DNA of 64,000 nucleotides from a virus. The notes beneath the pieces are model-generated. The model searched no databases, had not been told where the DNA came from, and saw only the letters and a program-made list of their open reading frames with translations. Both the position numbers and the translations under genes were made by a program. Shown here piece after piece: positions 1 through 10,182 of the stretch (the stretch's first letter is position 1; each line of letters begins with the position of its first letter). The stretch lies in the IMG/VR virus record IMGVR_UViG_3300036770_008728, positions 20,407 to 84,406 of that record. The stretch is one strand, 5' to 3'.

Positions 1-17
1 CGAGCTTCACCGGCCAT
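1..17 (-). CDS. 5' start of a gene running off the left edge (MAGEA...), probably a tail structural gene
   Basis: ATG at 17 preceded by the phage leader motif AGGATTAACAAAC; lies downstream of the neck genes. Confidence 0.45.
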
Positions 18-71
18 GTTTGTTAATCCTTCAATTGTGATAAAATCAGCTATAAACGGAACAATATAATC

Positions 72-413
72 ATGCTAAAAAATATAGCCGTTAGCGTCCC
101 GAGTGAGGTGTATGAAATACTGAATTCAATGACAGTATCATCACCCCGGTCATTACTCAGTATAAAGTTACTGAGAGCCTTTTTCAAAGAGAACCCACCG
201 CTTCGGGATATGTCAGGCCTTTTGGACCAAGACACGCATTCCTTCACTCTGCGCATTCCCCAGGATCTCATCGAACAACTGGAGCGGTTTGCTAACCGTA
301 TGGCCTACAACCGCCATACGGCTCTGCTGGTCGCTCTGGTCGCTCAGATTGCTGCAGAGCAGCCTTACTTCAGAGAACCGACATCAATGCCGGCCGGTAA
401 CGTAAAGTGGTAA
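72..413 (+). CDS. Ribbon-helix-helix-like DNA-binding protein
   Basis: Two strand-helix segments (NIAVSVPSEVYEIL; SFTLRIPQDLIEQLERFA) typical of Arc/CopG folds. Confidence 0.55.
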   Translation: MLKNIAVSVPSEVYEILNSMTVSSPRSLLSIKLLRAFFKENPPLRDMSGLLDQDTHSFTLRIPQDLIEQLERFANRMAYNRHTALLVALVAQIAAEQPYFREPTSMPAGNVKW

Positions 414-877
414 GCCATAGTAGGTGTTACTGCCCAAGGCTGGCCACAATACTCAGCTTCGCTTAACATAAATTCAATGCAGGATAGTTTATCCAACTGA
501 TTGAATTTCTCTGCGAGACCTAACGCAAAACCCAAAAGATGCGACGTATCATATTCTGTCGCTGCCTTAGCTTTCGCACGATAACCCTCCAGAGCTTTTT
601 GCTTATCACGCACGGCCAATAACCGGATTTCGACCCGACCGTTGTAACGCTTTAAAAACTCAGCAATCGGAGTTTCAACTACCCGATTGTGGGTTTCTTT
701 TAAATGTTTCTGACCCAGTACCTTGAGCTTGAAAAGAGCACTAAATGAACCCTTGGATTCAATGGCTACTTCGCGCTCACGGTCATACACAGCGCCATGG
801 CTGAACTTACCCGTGAGCCGGATTAACCAGCTTACGGGATGATTCCCAATGGCGAACAACGTTTCTACATACTGCAC
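365..877 (-). CDS. Permuted papain-like (YiiX/YebB, NlpC/P60-related) amidase
   Basis: SWLIR...FSHGA (His near N-terminus), YD, and CIEF (Cys near C-terminus). Confidence 0.6.
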   Translation of the reverse strand: MQYVETLFAIGNHPVSWLIRLTGKFSHGAVYDREREVAIESKGSFSALFKLKVLGQKHLKETHNRVVETPIAEFLKRYNGRVEIRLLAVRDKQKALEGYRAKAKAATEYDTSHLLGFALGLAEKFNQLDKLSCIEFMLSEAEYCGQPWAVTPTMAYHFTLPAGIDVGSLK

Positions 878-886
878 AGGGACCTC

Positions 887-1333
887 CTAATTAACGCTCT
901 GGATTGAGGCTTGGAAAGTGATTCCCTGCATTGCTACTTGCGAGTTTTTCATAACGGGCATCAGTCGCGTGGTACCCATCATCTTCAACTCGCCAACCCT
1001 TTGGTTGTTATTGTCATAATATGGAATAACTGACCCCGGCTGCAGAACTTCAAAAATCACATTAAGCCGGCTCATCAAACGCATGTTGTTCGCATCGTTG
1101 TAGGTGGCGCACACGATCATGGCGGACGTTGCGGACAAGGCTGAACCATCGTTGGCCGAGTACATCGCAAAGTTTTGCATCCCCACGAAATCATTGCTCG
1201 GAAGCTCTACTTCACTGGCCAGCGCATCGAGGTTAATTGGCTCGACCGTCATCTGGTCGACGCTGGCGAATTCGCTGGCCATCTCCGTGATAAACCGCAG
1301 CACCGACTGGTGAGTAAATTCAAGCTTATTCAT
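887..1333 (-). CDS. Putative tail completion/terminator protein
   Basis: Size and position in structural operon only. Confidence 0.4.
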   Translation of the reverse strand: MNKLEFTHQSVLRFITEMASEFASVDQMTVEPINLDALASEVELPSNDFVGMQNFAMYSANDGSALSATSAMIVCATYNDANNMRLMSRLNVIFEVLQPGSVIPYYDNNNQRVGELKMMGTTRLMPVMKNSQVAMQGITFQASIQSVN

Positions 1334-1755
1334 TAAAACCTCTGGTCTTCTAATCGTTCTGAAATACGATCCAGCATTTCCCCAAAGAATGGGTCTATCA
1401 CCGACCGGTCTTGGTCTCTCAAAAACATCAACGTGGCCGACGAGTGACTATTCATTCGGTTCAGAATGGGCATCATGGCCAATAAGAAGCCGTACTCGTT
1501 GGATTCCACCTTTCTGAAAAACGTGTCTTCTACTCTGATTTTCATGGGGACCCGGATCAGCCCCTCAACAATGGCCCGCTCTACAGAAATCCGGCGCCGA
1601 GTTACGGGGTCGTAAAAGTATTCACCCTTAAAGTCCAGGTTCCCGCGGCCCACCACCAGACTTTGTTTACTGGTTTGCACACGACGAACTATCTCTGGAG
1701 GTACGATTTCCGACCACTTTGGAACTCGGTACTTTGGCTTCAGGCTATCCGTCAT
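1333..1755 (-). CDS. Phage protein (neck region)
   Basis: Coupled ORF in structural operon. Confidence 0.5.
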   Translation of the reverse strand: MTDSLKPKYRVPKWSEIVPPEIVRRVQTSKQSLVVGRGNLDFKGEYFYDPVTRRRISVERAIVEGLIRVPMKIRVEDTFFRKVESNEYGFLLAMMPILNRMNSHSSATLMFLRDQDRSVIDPFFGEMLDRISERLEDQRF

Positions 1756-2285
1756 ACCCGCACATTCCGTCTTCGCTGGGCTTGTGCATCGTAAAGGCGC
1801 TGATCGGGTACATATCTTCCCAGTTCATAGCCCCGTTTAAACTGAAGTCCCCCGAACGCCATAAACAGGGTTTCAGCAATATTCGCTTGATTGCCCAGTT
1901 CACTCAGTAGCGCCACCAGCGATTTTTCTTTGGTTGGGCCATAGTAGTTCTGAAATTTCAGGGGATATTCACCCCCTGATTTGCGGTGATAAAAAAACTT
2001 CCGCTTAACGGTTTCATCCGACAGCGGGCGGTACTGGTAGATACCACCCATCCAATCGTTATTTACCCGGAACTGCTTTGATGAGCTAAAGCCTTCAACC
2101 GAATCCGCGATGGATTCAACACCCAGGCGACCAGAACCCGACACTGTTGCACTGATTTCTTCTTTTATCAGCGACGTGATCCGCTGCTCGACCGTTAAAT
2201 TCACATCGGCTGCAGCCTGATGCTGAAGGCTTTTCAGAACCCCAAACAGTTGCTTGGATAGCGCGGCCATGACCGGGCCACTCAT
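1752..2285 (-). CDS. Phage protein (neck region)
   Basis: 4-bp overlaps with both neighbours. Confidence 0.5.
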   Translation of the reverse strand: MSGPVMAALSKQLFGVLKSLQHQAAADVNLTVEQRITSLIKEEISATVSGSGRLGVESIADSVEGFSSSKQFRVNNDWMGGIYQYRPLSDETVKRKFFYHRKSGGEYPLKFQNYYGPTKEKSLVALLSELGNQANIAETLFMAFGGLQFKRGYELGRYVPDQRLYDAQAQRRRNVRV

Positions 2286-2776
2286 GAGCCAACCTCGACC
2301 CGGTATACGCCGTTTAGAAGCGCCACATGGCTGACACGTAGGCCATTTATCTTGTGATTCGTCGTCGCCGGGTACGCCATGTAGTAAACGAGCTGAGGGA
2401 CTTTCAGGCCCAGAACTTCCGAACTACTGACTAAATCCTGACAAACCTGAACTTTAATTGCAGGACCATCCACAGGGTTCCCTTTCATCTGGGTCACTGG
2501 ATTGATGGTGGTGAGAATTTCACGAATGGTGACTTCTGCGTTCAGCTCTAATGCTGCAAACACAGTGCTGTCAGAGTTCAAATGGTGGTTTGCCAACACA
2601 AAAGCCGGCCGGCCACGTTGGTAAAGAAACTCTCCGGGCTTAACCGCCGAACCGTCAAGGATATGAACAAGGCTTTTCACCGGACCCAGTAGGCGAAACC
2701 CGTCTGCCGGTTTGGTCAGTACCGCAGAAACGTTTTTATTTCCAATCCGGTACTTCCGATGGTCCATGTTATTCAC
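2282..2776 (-). CDS. Putative head closure protein
   Basis: Beta-rich 164 aa ORF after putative adaptor; positional call. Confidence 0.4.
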   Translation of the reverse strand: MNNMDHRKYRIGNKNVSAVLTKPADGFRLLGPVKSLVHILDGSAVKPGEFLYQRGRPAFVLANHHLNSDSTVFAALELNAEVTIREILTTINPVTQMKGNPVDGPAIKVQVCQDLVSSSEVLGLKVPQLVYYMAYPATTNHKINGLRVSHVALLNGVYRVEVGS

Positions 2777-3467
2777 CCGTCAGCGGGTCAGTGACTGAGA
2801 CCACCGTCAGAAGCGGTTCATAGTCATCCACTGGTACGTAATTGAAGTGAGTCACTAACAACGACTGGAACTGGGCATACAGTTCGCCCTGCAGCTTCAC
2901 ATAGTCAATGCTCTGCCGGGTCATTTTGTGGTCATCTACTTCTCGGGTTTTCAGTAAACGCAAAGGCAGAGTAGGGATCTGGCTTATGGCCACATGCAGC
3001 AAAAGGGCCTTGTTTGCATGACTGACCTTACTGACATCTGTAAAAAGGTCCTGATTCAGGATTTCAGAAACCTCCAGATAGCCGGCATAGATATCAAATA
3101 CTGAATCTGGTAGCTCCTCGTTTGAGGCTCCCAGCAGATTCCGCACTTGTAATGGTGTGACTGTGATTGGTTTGAAACGCACCACGCGAACCGGTGAGCT
3201 CCAAGTGATTTGCTGGCTTGCCGAAACAAACGTCACTTCCATAAACAGGAATTTAGACAGCTCATTTGAGTCCAACGAAAAATTGCTGGCCGGAACTAAC
3301 CAGTCCGGCTCAGCCAAATCCAGATAAACCTTGTTACCCAGAGCCACACCAGACACATCACGCAGTACTACAAACAGGTCCTCTGCGGGATCTGGTGTGT
3401 AGAACTCATCATTTACCAGAAATTCCTTTTGTAATTTCAATGGTGTCTGTGTGCGAATTTCGATCAT
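2769..3467 (-). CDS. Putative head-tail adaptor
   Basis: Position after capsid; VTPLQVRNLLG..ELPD segment resembles adaptor proteins. Confidence 0.45.
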   Translation of the reverse strand: MIEIRTQTPLKLQKEFLVNDEFYTPDPAEDLFVVLRDVSGVALGNKVYLDLAEPDWLVPASNFSLDSNELSKFLFMEVTFVSASQQITWSSPVRVVRFKPITVTPLQVRNLLGASNEELPDSVFDIYAGYLEVSEILNQDLFTDVSKVSHANKALLLHVAISQIPTLPLRLLKTREVDDHKMTRQSIDYVKLQGELYAQFQSLLVTHFNYVPVDDYEPLLTVVSVTDPLTGE

Positions 3468-4000
3468 TATTTTTTGCCCTTGTTGGCGCCAGCGTCGGCT
3501 TCTTCCTGAGCCTTTTTCGCAGCTTCAGCAGCCGCGGCAGCATCGGCTTCTTCCTGAGTCTTTTTCGCAGCTTCAGCAGCCGCGGCAGCATCGGCTTCTT
3601 CCTTGGCCTTTTTCGCAGCTTCAGCCGCAGCGGCAGCGTCGGCTTCTTCCTTGGCCTTTTTCGCAGCTTCAGCCGCAGCGGCAGCGTCGGCTTCTTCCTG
3701 AGCCTTTTTCGCAGCTTCAGCTGTAGCCTGTTCGTCTTCCACATCACCACTCAGAATGGCTTTGAATGACGCTACGGCCAGTTCGAAATCACCCTCAGCG
3801 GCCTGATAGCATTTCAACCATTCAGCATCCGTGGCATGACCTGGCAGTTCTTCAGCCACACAGAGCTTTACCTGACCACGAGCAATATTCTGATCCAGAA
3901 AACTGGATTTCGACACGACCGAAGGCCGGTCATGGTGATATTCGTCACCGTTAAAGTCCGTCAGATAAACCGGACCAACTGTTTCAACTAAACACTTCAT
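3467..4000 (-). CDS. Phage protein with Ala/Glu/Lys-rich 16-aa tandem repeats
   Basis: AEAAKKA(Q/K)EEADAAAA about 5 times; GGAG SD upstream. Confidence 0.75.
   Translation of the reverse strand: MKCLVETVGPVYLTDFNGDEYHHDRPSVVSKSSFLDQNIARGQVKLCVAEELPGHATDAEWLKCYQAAEGDFELAVASFKAILSGDVEDEQATAEAAKKAQEEADAAAAAEAAKKAKEEADAAAAAEAAKKAKEEADAAAAAEAAKKTQEEADAAAAAEAAKKAQEEADAGANKGKK
3492..3722. repeat. 48-bp tandem repeat, about 4.8 copies
   Basis: Units start at 3492, 3540, 3588, 3636 and 3684. Confidence 0.95.
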
Positions 4001-4018
4001 AGAAGCTCCAGAAGTACT

Positions 4019-4038
4019 GGGAGGTCCGAAGACCTCCC
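4019..4038 (-). terminator. Stem-loop with UUCG tetraloop after capsid gene (terminator or stabiliser)
   Basis: GGGAGGTC-TTCG-GACCTCCC on the minus strand; weak U-tract. Confidence 0.55.
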
Positions 4039-4053
4039 TTATTAGTTCAAGGC

Positions 4054-5271
4054 TTACGCCATGTTCAACACAGTGCGGGTATCACCAAAGATCAGCTTGT
4101 AACCTGAGTTGATAGTGCGTGTGTAGGTGATAGTCTGGTTCTTAATGGCTTGCTCAGACTCACGGATATCTGAGTTCGCTTCAATCAGCTCTTCCAGAGT
4201 ATCTGCACGGCTGTAACAAATCAGTTTGTTCGCCGGAGCTGCAGACGCCAGTTTGAAAGACACGCCTTTCAGCAAGTCCATGGCCAGGCTGACTTTCGGC
4301 GCACCTTTCTCTTGCAGGTGCTCTGCAACAGACTTATTGGCCGTGGTTGGGTTGAACATCAGGAACAGTTCCAGATACATGTCCAGGTTACCCACCATGG
4401 TATCCACTGGGGTACCGGCTTTGGCACGGGCTACCAGGAACTTCATCAGCGCGATGTAGTTGTCTTTCAGCGTTTTACCAGCAGAGAAGTCCGCACCATG
4501 CACAGACAGGTTAACTACTGGAGCCGCACTATAAACCGCATCGCCATTAATGAGTTGGCCTACCGCAGCAGAGACTTTACTGATTTGCAGCTGACGTTCT
4601 ACGCGGGCAGCGTAAGGCTTCAAAATGTCCATTGCTACACGGCGTTCGAACTCATAGGTGGTACGAATCGCAGAACCATGTTTATAGAAACGAACGTTGT
4701 TTTCAGTCGCTGTGATGTCATACACAGGAATGCTGGCGCCTTCAGCGATCATCGAAGTACTACGGGCTTCTTGTGAATCCTGCAGGATTGCACGAGTCAG
4801 AACTTCCGTACCACGAATGGTCCGTGTCTGGGCTACGAGACCTTCCGTCGATTCCATTTCATCCATGCGGGTTTCCCAGCGAAGCATGTCATCAATGACT
4901 TCTGGAAACAGGGCACGAGTACCCGGCTTGAAGTTGAAGGTATCCGCTGCAGCTTCTAACAGGATGCCCTGTTTGAAATCCTGGCGAGTTGGTAAGCCTA
5001 AGTGCATCAGCGCAGCTTCGTAACCACTTAAATGGTCGCCACCGGCTAACAGATATGGATTGATCTGTTGGTTGTTTACTTCAATCGTAGACTTTGGAAT
5101 ATCTACGGCTAAGGTCAGGTAATCGCGCAGGTTCAAACCATATTCTTTGGCCTTGGAGCAAAGAATATGGCCGGCTTGAGCAGATTTGAACGTATCTTCA
5201 GATGCGATATCACCCAGAACTAAAGCCAATGGTTGGCGCTGGATCTCGGTTAAACGACGGTATGCTGTCAT
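4054..5271 (-). CDS. Major capsid protein
   Basis: 405 aa; follows protease/scaffold and decoration genes; IAEGASIP..K.G pattern of HK97-fold capsids. Confidence 0.8.
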   Translation of the reverse strand: MTAYRRLTEIQRQPLALVLGDIASEDTFKSAQAGHILCSKAKEYGLNLRDYLTLAVDIPKSTIEVNNQQINPYLLAGGDHLSGYEAALMHLGLPTRQDFKQGILLEAAADTFNFKPGTRALFPEVIDDMLRWETRMDEMESTEGLVAQTRTIRGTEVLTRAILQDSQEARSTSMIAEGASIPVYDITATENNVRFYKHGSAIRTTYEFERRVAMDILKPYAARVERQLQISKVSAAVGQLINGDAVYSAAPVVNLSVHGADFSAGKTLKDNYIALMKFLVARAKAGTPVDTMVGNLDMYLELFLMFNPTTANKSVAEHLQEKGAPKVSLAMDLLKGVSFKLASAAPANKLICYSRADTLEELIEANSDIRESEQAIKNQTITYTRTINSGYKLIFGDTRTVLNMA

Positions 5272-5332
5272 GCTTGTTAATCCTATTCTAATTTTAGTGG
5301 AGGCGGGCTAGGCCCGCACGACCAACGAGCTG

Positions 5333-5731
5333 TTACTTCAACAGCACTTCACAGGTCAGAGTTGTGGTGTTTACGGCAACAACCACGGTGTTCATACCGA
5401 CGCCGGCACCCGCCGTTTTCACACCACCCAAACCATTGCCCACGACGCGACCACCGCGAGTAGGAGCCGTACCTGTGTAGCTGAACTTCTGATACATCAA
5501 TGGCTGATATGAACCGGTCTTCACACCGTCCTGAGAGCGGTTTTCAAAAGCAGTCAGAACGCCGTTGATGTCCACACCGTCTGGAGAGATACCAACTGTG
5601 AAGTCCGCTGCAGGGTCAATCGAGACTGGTTTACCCACGTCGGCAATACCGGTAACCGTGGAATTTAAATACGCGGTGACCGCCAGGTCTTCGACGCGAA
5701 TACCCTTATAACTGGTAATTGTATTCATCAT
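5333..5731 (-). CDS. Head decoration protein (putative)
   Basis: Small Gly/Val/Thr-rich ORF between scaffold and capsid. Confidence 0.55.
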   Translation of the reverse strand: MMNTITSYKGIRVEDLAVTAYLNSTVTGIADVGKPVSIDPAADFTVGISPDGVDINGVLTAFENRSQDGVKTGSYQPLMYQKFSYTGTAPTRGGRVVGNGLGGVKTAGAGVGMNTVVVAVNTTTLTCEVLLK

Positions 5732-5737
5732 GGGTCC

Positions 5738-6886
5738 TTAACGTGGTGACTTGTAAAGTGCCGCCTGACCCAGCATGGCTGGTACTGCAGCAGGTTGTTG
5801 TTTATCCGCCGGGTCAGTAACACCACCACGAGGGATTGCCGCCAGTACAACCTTGGCTTCGTCAATCGCTGCGATCATCTGTTCCGGAGTTGCGTTTGGA
5901 ACTTCTGTCAGGTTTGCCGCAACACAAGCTGCCTTGTACTGTCCTGACAGGAAAGTTGTTACTGTCGCGTGAGAGGCCTTGATCGTGTCCAGCTCTTTCA
6001 CGGTATCCGTTGAAGCCGCTTCCAGCTTGGTTTTCAGCTCAGCGATTTCGGTATTAGCGGTTGTCAGTGCAGCCTGTGAAGCAGTTAACTGGTCAGCCAA
6101 CGTCTTCTTCTCACTTTCTAACCGCCCATTGGTTTGCGCCAGTTCCAGCATTTGTGGATCCATGACATCTCCTGTGGGGTTGGTTTTTGGGGGTTGTGGT
6201 GCCAGGGTGACGGCACTAAACAGGAAAGACAGATCTGGTTGTGCACCAGATGCCGCCAGTCGCTGGTAAGTTTCAGCACCCAGACGTTGCTTGGCTGCGC
6301 CAAGGATTTTTGCTTTTGATGAAGCGCCACGGTTCACCAAGCTCAGCTCGGTCCATGTGTTCATCTCAGTTAAACGAAGGTGAACGCCGTCTTTACCCAG
6401 CTGATGTTCATTGGGACATTCACGGGCATACAGGTAGTACGGTTCTGACATGTAATCAAAATCACACTGACTGCAGAAAGCATGTTTGGGTAAAGTGCCC
6501 ACGGATACTTCGTCAATAATGCTGGTATCAATTTTTTCCAGCAGTGCCGTTTCCGTCGCCAGAAGATAAAACGCGGTATTTAATTCCCAGTGACCAGCTT
6601 CGGCGGCAAACACGTCAGCCATGAACACCCGGCCGGTAGGCAGGGTGTAGTCGTCGTGCATGATTTGAAGAGTTACAGGGTTTGATTTGAGGTGTGCAGA
6701 CATCTGACGCAGATACGCTTCAGTCATCTGAGCACCGTTATATGGGGAGTAACGCTGGGAAATCGGGCGCGTAGAAGCTGCCACAGCTTCGTAGGCAACG
6801 ATTTTGCTGAAATCCATATCTGGATCACCAGCAACAGCACGAATGGCTTCTTTGTGCTTTTCAGTCAGCTCAAGGCGTTTTGCCAT
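5738..6886 (-). CDS. Prohead protease/scaffold fusion
   Basis: IMH..LPTGRV, VSVG and ELSLV motifs followed by a coiled-coil C-terminus. Confidence 0.7.
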   Translation of the reverse strand: MAKRLELTEKHKEAIRAVAGDPDMDFSKIVAYEAVAASTRPISQRYSPYNGAQMTEAYLRQMSAHLKSNPVTLQIMHDDYTLPTGRVFMADVFAAEAGHWELNTAFYLLATETALLEKIDTSIIDEVSVGTLPKHAFCSQCDFDYMSEPYYLYARECPNEHQLGKDGVHLRLTEMNTWTELSLVNRGASSKAKILGAAKQRLGAETYQRLAASGAQPDLSFLFSAVTLAPQPPKTNPTGDVMDPQMLELAQTNGRLESEKKTLADQLTASQAALTTANTEIAELKTKLEAASTDTVKELDTIKASHATVTTFLSGQYKAACVAANLTEVPNATPEQMIAAIDEAKVVLAAIPRGGVTDPADKQQPAAVPAMLGQAALYKSPR

Positions 6887-6939
6887 GTTTGTTAATCCTC
6901 AAATTGTCTATTTATGCTAGAGCATTTTATTTCGAACTT

Positions 6940-8403
6940 CTAGCGGTTTATTTTGTTGGTGTTTGATTTGACAGTTTTATTCGCTGCCGAACTGGTGCTT
7001 CTGCCCAATGGATCACTGTTTGGTGTTATTTTTTCAGCATCAACCATCATTCCACCACTCACGAACATGGTCCCGCTCATTTCTGGAATATGGTCCGGTC
7101 GGATCTTGCCGTACATGGCCAGATGGTATTCATCATCATCAATCAGACCATCACTCAAATCCTGGCGTAGCCGGTTACCTTTCAGCTGGCGCTGTGGCTC
7201 CATTTCCAGCTCAGAACGCAAATCAATCTGCGGGTAAACGACCTCGACCCGGCTTTCAGAACCCTGCAGACGGAGTGCCTGCGTCAGGATGTTACTGAAT
7301 ACTCGACCAATACCCTGATTCAAAGAACCGGCGTTTTTACTAAAAAGCTGGGCTTCCACGGTCGCCGTGTTCACACCACTTTCGCCACGGCCAAGTACGG
7401 TGGCCATCGTCCGAAGCCCCGCTTGGTTCTGGGCATTGAGAACGTCGATGATGCTGGTGATATCCAATCCCACAGCAGGGTTTTTTTCATTCAGAATATT
7501 CAGCTCAGCACTGTCGTAATGAACCATCGGCTGGTCGGCACGAATCGAACCGAACTGCTGTACCAGTTCATTGCGCCTTGCCCGCAAATATTTCCGGAAC
7601 TCTGCAGCATCGGCCTTTAGGTGAGCCGGGGCACTGCGGGCAATCACTTCTTCCAGAACCTTCACGGTCAGACGTGGAAAACCGGTAATTTGCATGATCC
7701 GATACAGGTCATTAATCACCTGCTGACGTGCGGCCATGGAGTTAATCGCCGCAATAAACGGACTGTTGCCATAGGCTTCCATTGGACTTTTCCGGTACCA
7801 GTGCATGAAGAACGTCGGGATATCGAGCTTGATTTCTTTATCACCAACCACCTGCCAAGGCACCATGACACCCGGGGACTTTTCCTGCAGTTGGATTTGC
7901 GCGATGTCTACCAAACGCAGTTCGTTCAACACCAGAAGTTCGTTGTACACGGCCTCAACGGCAATCCCGCCGCGGGCCAGAATCATGTAACGCAGGTCTT
8001 CAGCAATGGTCCTGAAATCTTTTCGTTCTTCATAGCCTTTCGAGTAATCCCGTCGGGTTGTCAGAACTTCGATGATTTCATTGACCAGCTTGTATCCATC
8101 ACGGTCAATGGCACCGTCTGGGTCACGAACAATAATCTTTGGTTCAACGTCGGCAGTTGTCAGGTAAGCGGACAGGGCACTGCTGGCATCCGGGTCAGCC
8201 TTCAGCAAACTCAACATCAGTTCCCGCGAGTTTTTGTTGATCCGGTCATCGTAAAGATTGGCCAAATGCTCCTTAAACGCGGGTAAATCAAGGGTGTCGC
8301 CTGTGCGCTCGGGGTCGAACGTCGCTGTCTGTGTATTGCCCTTGGGTTTGGTGCGCGTGGGCAGCAGGATTTTAATCTTAGCGAGAATGCCGGAGCTGGC
8401 CAT
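6940..8403 (-). CDS. Portal protein
   Basis: 487 aa directly after terminase; YGNSPFIAA motif. Confidence 0.75.
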   Translation of the reverse strand: MASSGILAKIKILLPTRTKPKGNTQTATFDPERTGDTLDLPAFKEHLANLYDDRINKNSRELMLSLLKADPDASSALSAYLTTADVEPKIIVRDPDGAIDRDGYKLVNEIIEVLTTRRDYSKGYEERKDFRTIAEDLRYMILARGGIAVEAVYNELLVLNELRLVDIAQIQLQEKSPGVMVPWQVVGDKEIKLDIPTFFMHWYRKSPMEAYGNSPFIAAINSMAARQQVINDLYRIMQITGFPRLTVKVLEEVIARSAPAHLKADAAEFRKYLRARRNELVQQFGSIRADQPMVHYDSAELNILNEKNPAVGLDITSIIDVLNAQNQAGLRTMATVLGRGESGVNTATVEAQLFSKNAGSLNQGIGRVFSNILTQALRLQGSESRVEVVYPQIDLRSELEMEPQRQLKGNRLRQDLSDGLIDDDEYHLAMYGKIRPDHIPEMSGTMFVSGGMMVDAEKITPNSDPLGRSTSSAANKTVKSNTNKINR

Positions 8404-8412
8404 AAAGAGTCC

Positions 8413-10182
8413 TTAGTATCGAGTAATGATGTTTTTGCCCCGGCGGGTCTGAGGCTCAAAGCCAATCAGGTCCATCGCAGCCCAAATTTTTGTGTCATCG
8501 AGTTCAACTTCATCCATCACAATCGAATCATCAACGTGCTGGTAATCGCCGGCAAAGCTTTGGAAATCGAAGTTCCGAACACCCGCAACCATGAAGGCCA
8601 GTGCGTGGAAGTAGTGATCGTTTTCGTTGAGCTTGACCCAGGTGGCCTCGTCTTCACCGGTACCTTCTTCCCGAACCATGTCCATCAAATGGGTCGTCAG
8701 TGTGGATTTGTCGTCCCGGTAACCGGCTAGTTTCCATGTGCCGTTCCGGATGCCGTTCGCCACGGTATCGAGCATCGCCGTCCGGCCTGCCCGTACCGCA
8801 GCCTGTTCCAAGAACTCATCTTTGATGGGCATGAACTCCCGGCCCTTGCCATACTCGACCGGCATAATCAGACCAAAGCTCTGGTCCCGGATAGCATTCG
8901 AAGTCGGGGTGTATGGGTAGCGGTCGATACCGCCGGACACAATGTTGTACTGCTCCCTGAGTCCCTTAACCTTCAACGAAAGGTTGTCAGCGCTGCAGGT
9001 TTCAAACCGAAACACGGTCAGGTTATCCACGTCTGGACCAACAGCCAGAACGATATGGCAGGTAGCGCCAACGTCGATTCCAATGAAGACAGGGTGACCC
9101 TTTGCCGGCTCAAGCACCGAATCCTGAATCATCACAGCTTCGATTTGTTCCTGGGTCAGCCGGCTATTGCCCTGATCGTAGGTTTCACCTAAAACCGTGT
9201 TGTGGAAACCCTTGAGGTTATTCCGGCGCTTGTAGTCAAACAGCTGGGTAACAACGTACTTCGCATCCAGTGTGTGGGTGGAAAACGGCCGAACGTGATA
9301 ACCCCGGTGGTGCGTCCGGTTCGGATACTTGGCCACCCAGGCTCGGGATTCATAGTCGGCCATGTTCAGCCGGCGCCGGCACTTCTCACAGGTGATATGC
9401 AGGGCATCAAGGTCAATCAGACCGTCATCCAGTAACCGCGGCTCCAAATCAATGAGCGAGTTCACCCGGTCAGTCAGGCCGGGGATCCGGATGAATTCCT
9501 TGGTGAACAGCGGAATTTGCCAGTGATTGCAGGCGCGGCACTTAATCATGAACTCGTGCTGGTCACTGGCCGCATAACCCTTGTGAATCCCGAACCCGTT
9601 GTAGGTGGGTGTACTGAAGCGCTGCCGGATACGGAGGTCTGAACCCTGCAAACGCGAGTTGAACAGCGCCAGCATACTCTGGTCAGTCAGGTCCACTTCG
9701 TCGTTAAAAATGAAGTCCGCGTTGATACTGGTGGCATCGCCCTCAGTCGAGCCGGTGACATACATGAACGAGGTCCCGATTTGCATCAGGCCCATCGAGT
9801 TTTTCACGTCGCCGCTTAGTCGGAACGCCTTGGCATCCGACTGCAAAATTGGCTGAATACGGGTTTTCGATATCCGCTTGAACATCTTGTCATTCGGCAT
9901 CGTGTAAATCAGTGACCGGTTATCCGTCCGCGTCAGAATCGACAGGGCCTTTCTGATTTGGATTTCAGTCAGGCCCACCTGTGATGGCTTCATGCAGTCC
10001 AAGTTTTCGTGCATGTCGTCCGCGATGGCTCTCTGAAAAGGGTACTTGTCAAAGGTAAACGGCTTTTTGTTCAGCGTGGTGTTGATGCACATGAACTGGC
10101 CGTGCGACATCCCGCTACTGTCCTTGTTGTAGCGCTTTGTCGCATCCTTGATGAAGCCACCGAGGTACTGGTTCGCCATCAC
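8413..10182 (-). CDS. Terminase large subunit (lambda GpA-like)
   Basis: KPSQVGLTE Walker A, FNDEVD Walker B, STP, two CxxC, GIDVG nuclease motif, NDHYFHA. Confidence 0.9.
   Translation of the reverse strand: MMANQYLGGFIKDATKRYNKDSSGMSHGQFMCINTTLNKKPFTFDKYPFQRAIADDMHENLDCMKPSQVGLTEIQIRKALSILTRTDNRSLIYTMPNDKMFKRISKTRIQPILQSDAKAFRLSGDVKNSMGLMQIGTSFMYVTGSTEGDATSINADFIFNDEVDLTDQSMLALFNSRLQGSDLRIRQRFSTPTYNGFGIHKGYAASDQHEFMIKCRACNHWQIPLFTKEFIRIPGLTDRVNSLIDLEPRLLDDGLIDLDALHITCEKCRRRLNMADYESRAWVAKYPNRTHHRGYHVRPFSTHTLDAKYVVTQLFDYKRRNNLKGFHNTVLGETYDQGNSRLTQEQIEAVMIQDSVLEPAKGHPVFIGIDVGATCHIVLAVGPDVDNLTVFRFETCSADNLSLKVKGLREQYNIVSGGIDRYPYTPTSNAIRDQSFGLIMPVEYGKGREFMPIKDEFLEQAAVRAGRTAMLDTVANGIRNGTWKLAGYRDDKSTLTTHLMDMVREEGTGEDEATWVKLNENDHYFHALAFMVAGVRNFDFQSFAGDYQHVDDSIVMDEVELDDTKIWAAMDLIGFEPQTRRGKNIITRY

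Noticed and set aside
3266-3769. Alternative-frame and antisense ORFs over the 48-bp array
   Set aside because: Open only because the repeat lacks stops; the minus-strand 3467-4000 frame has the RBS and operon coupling.
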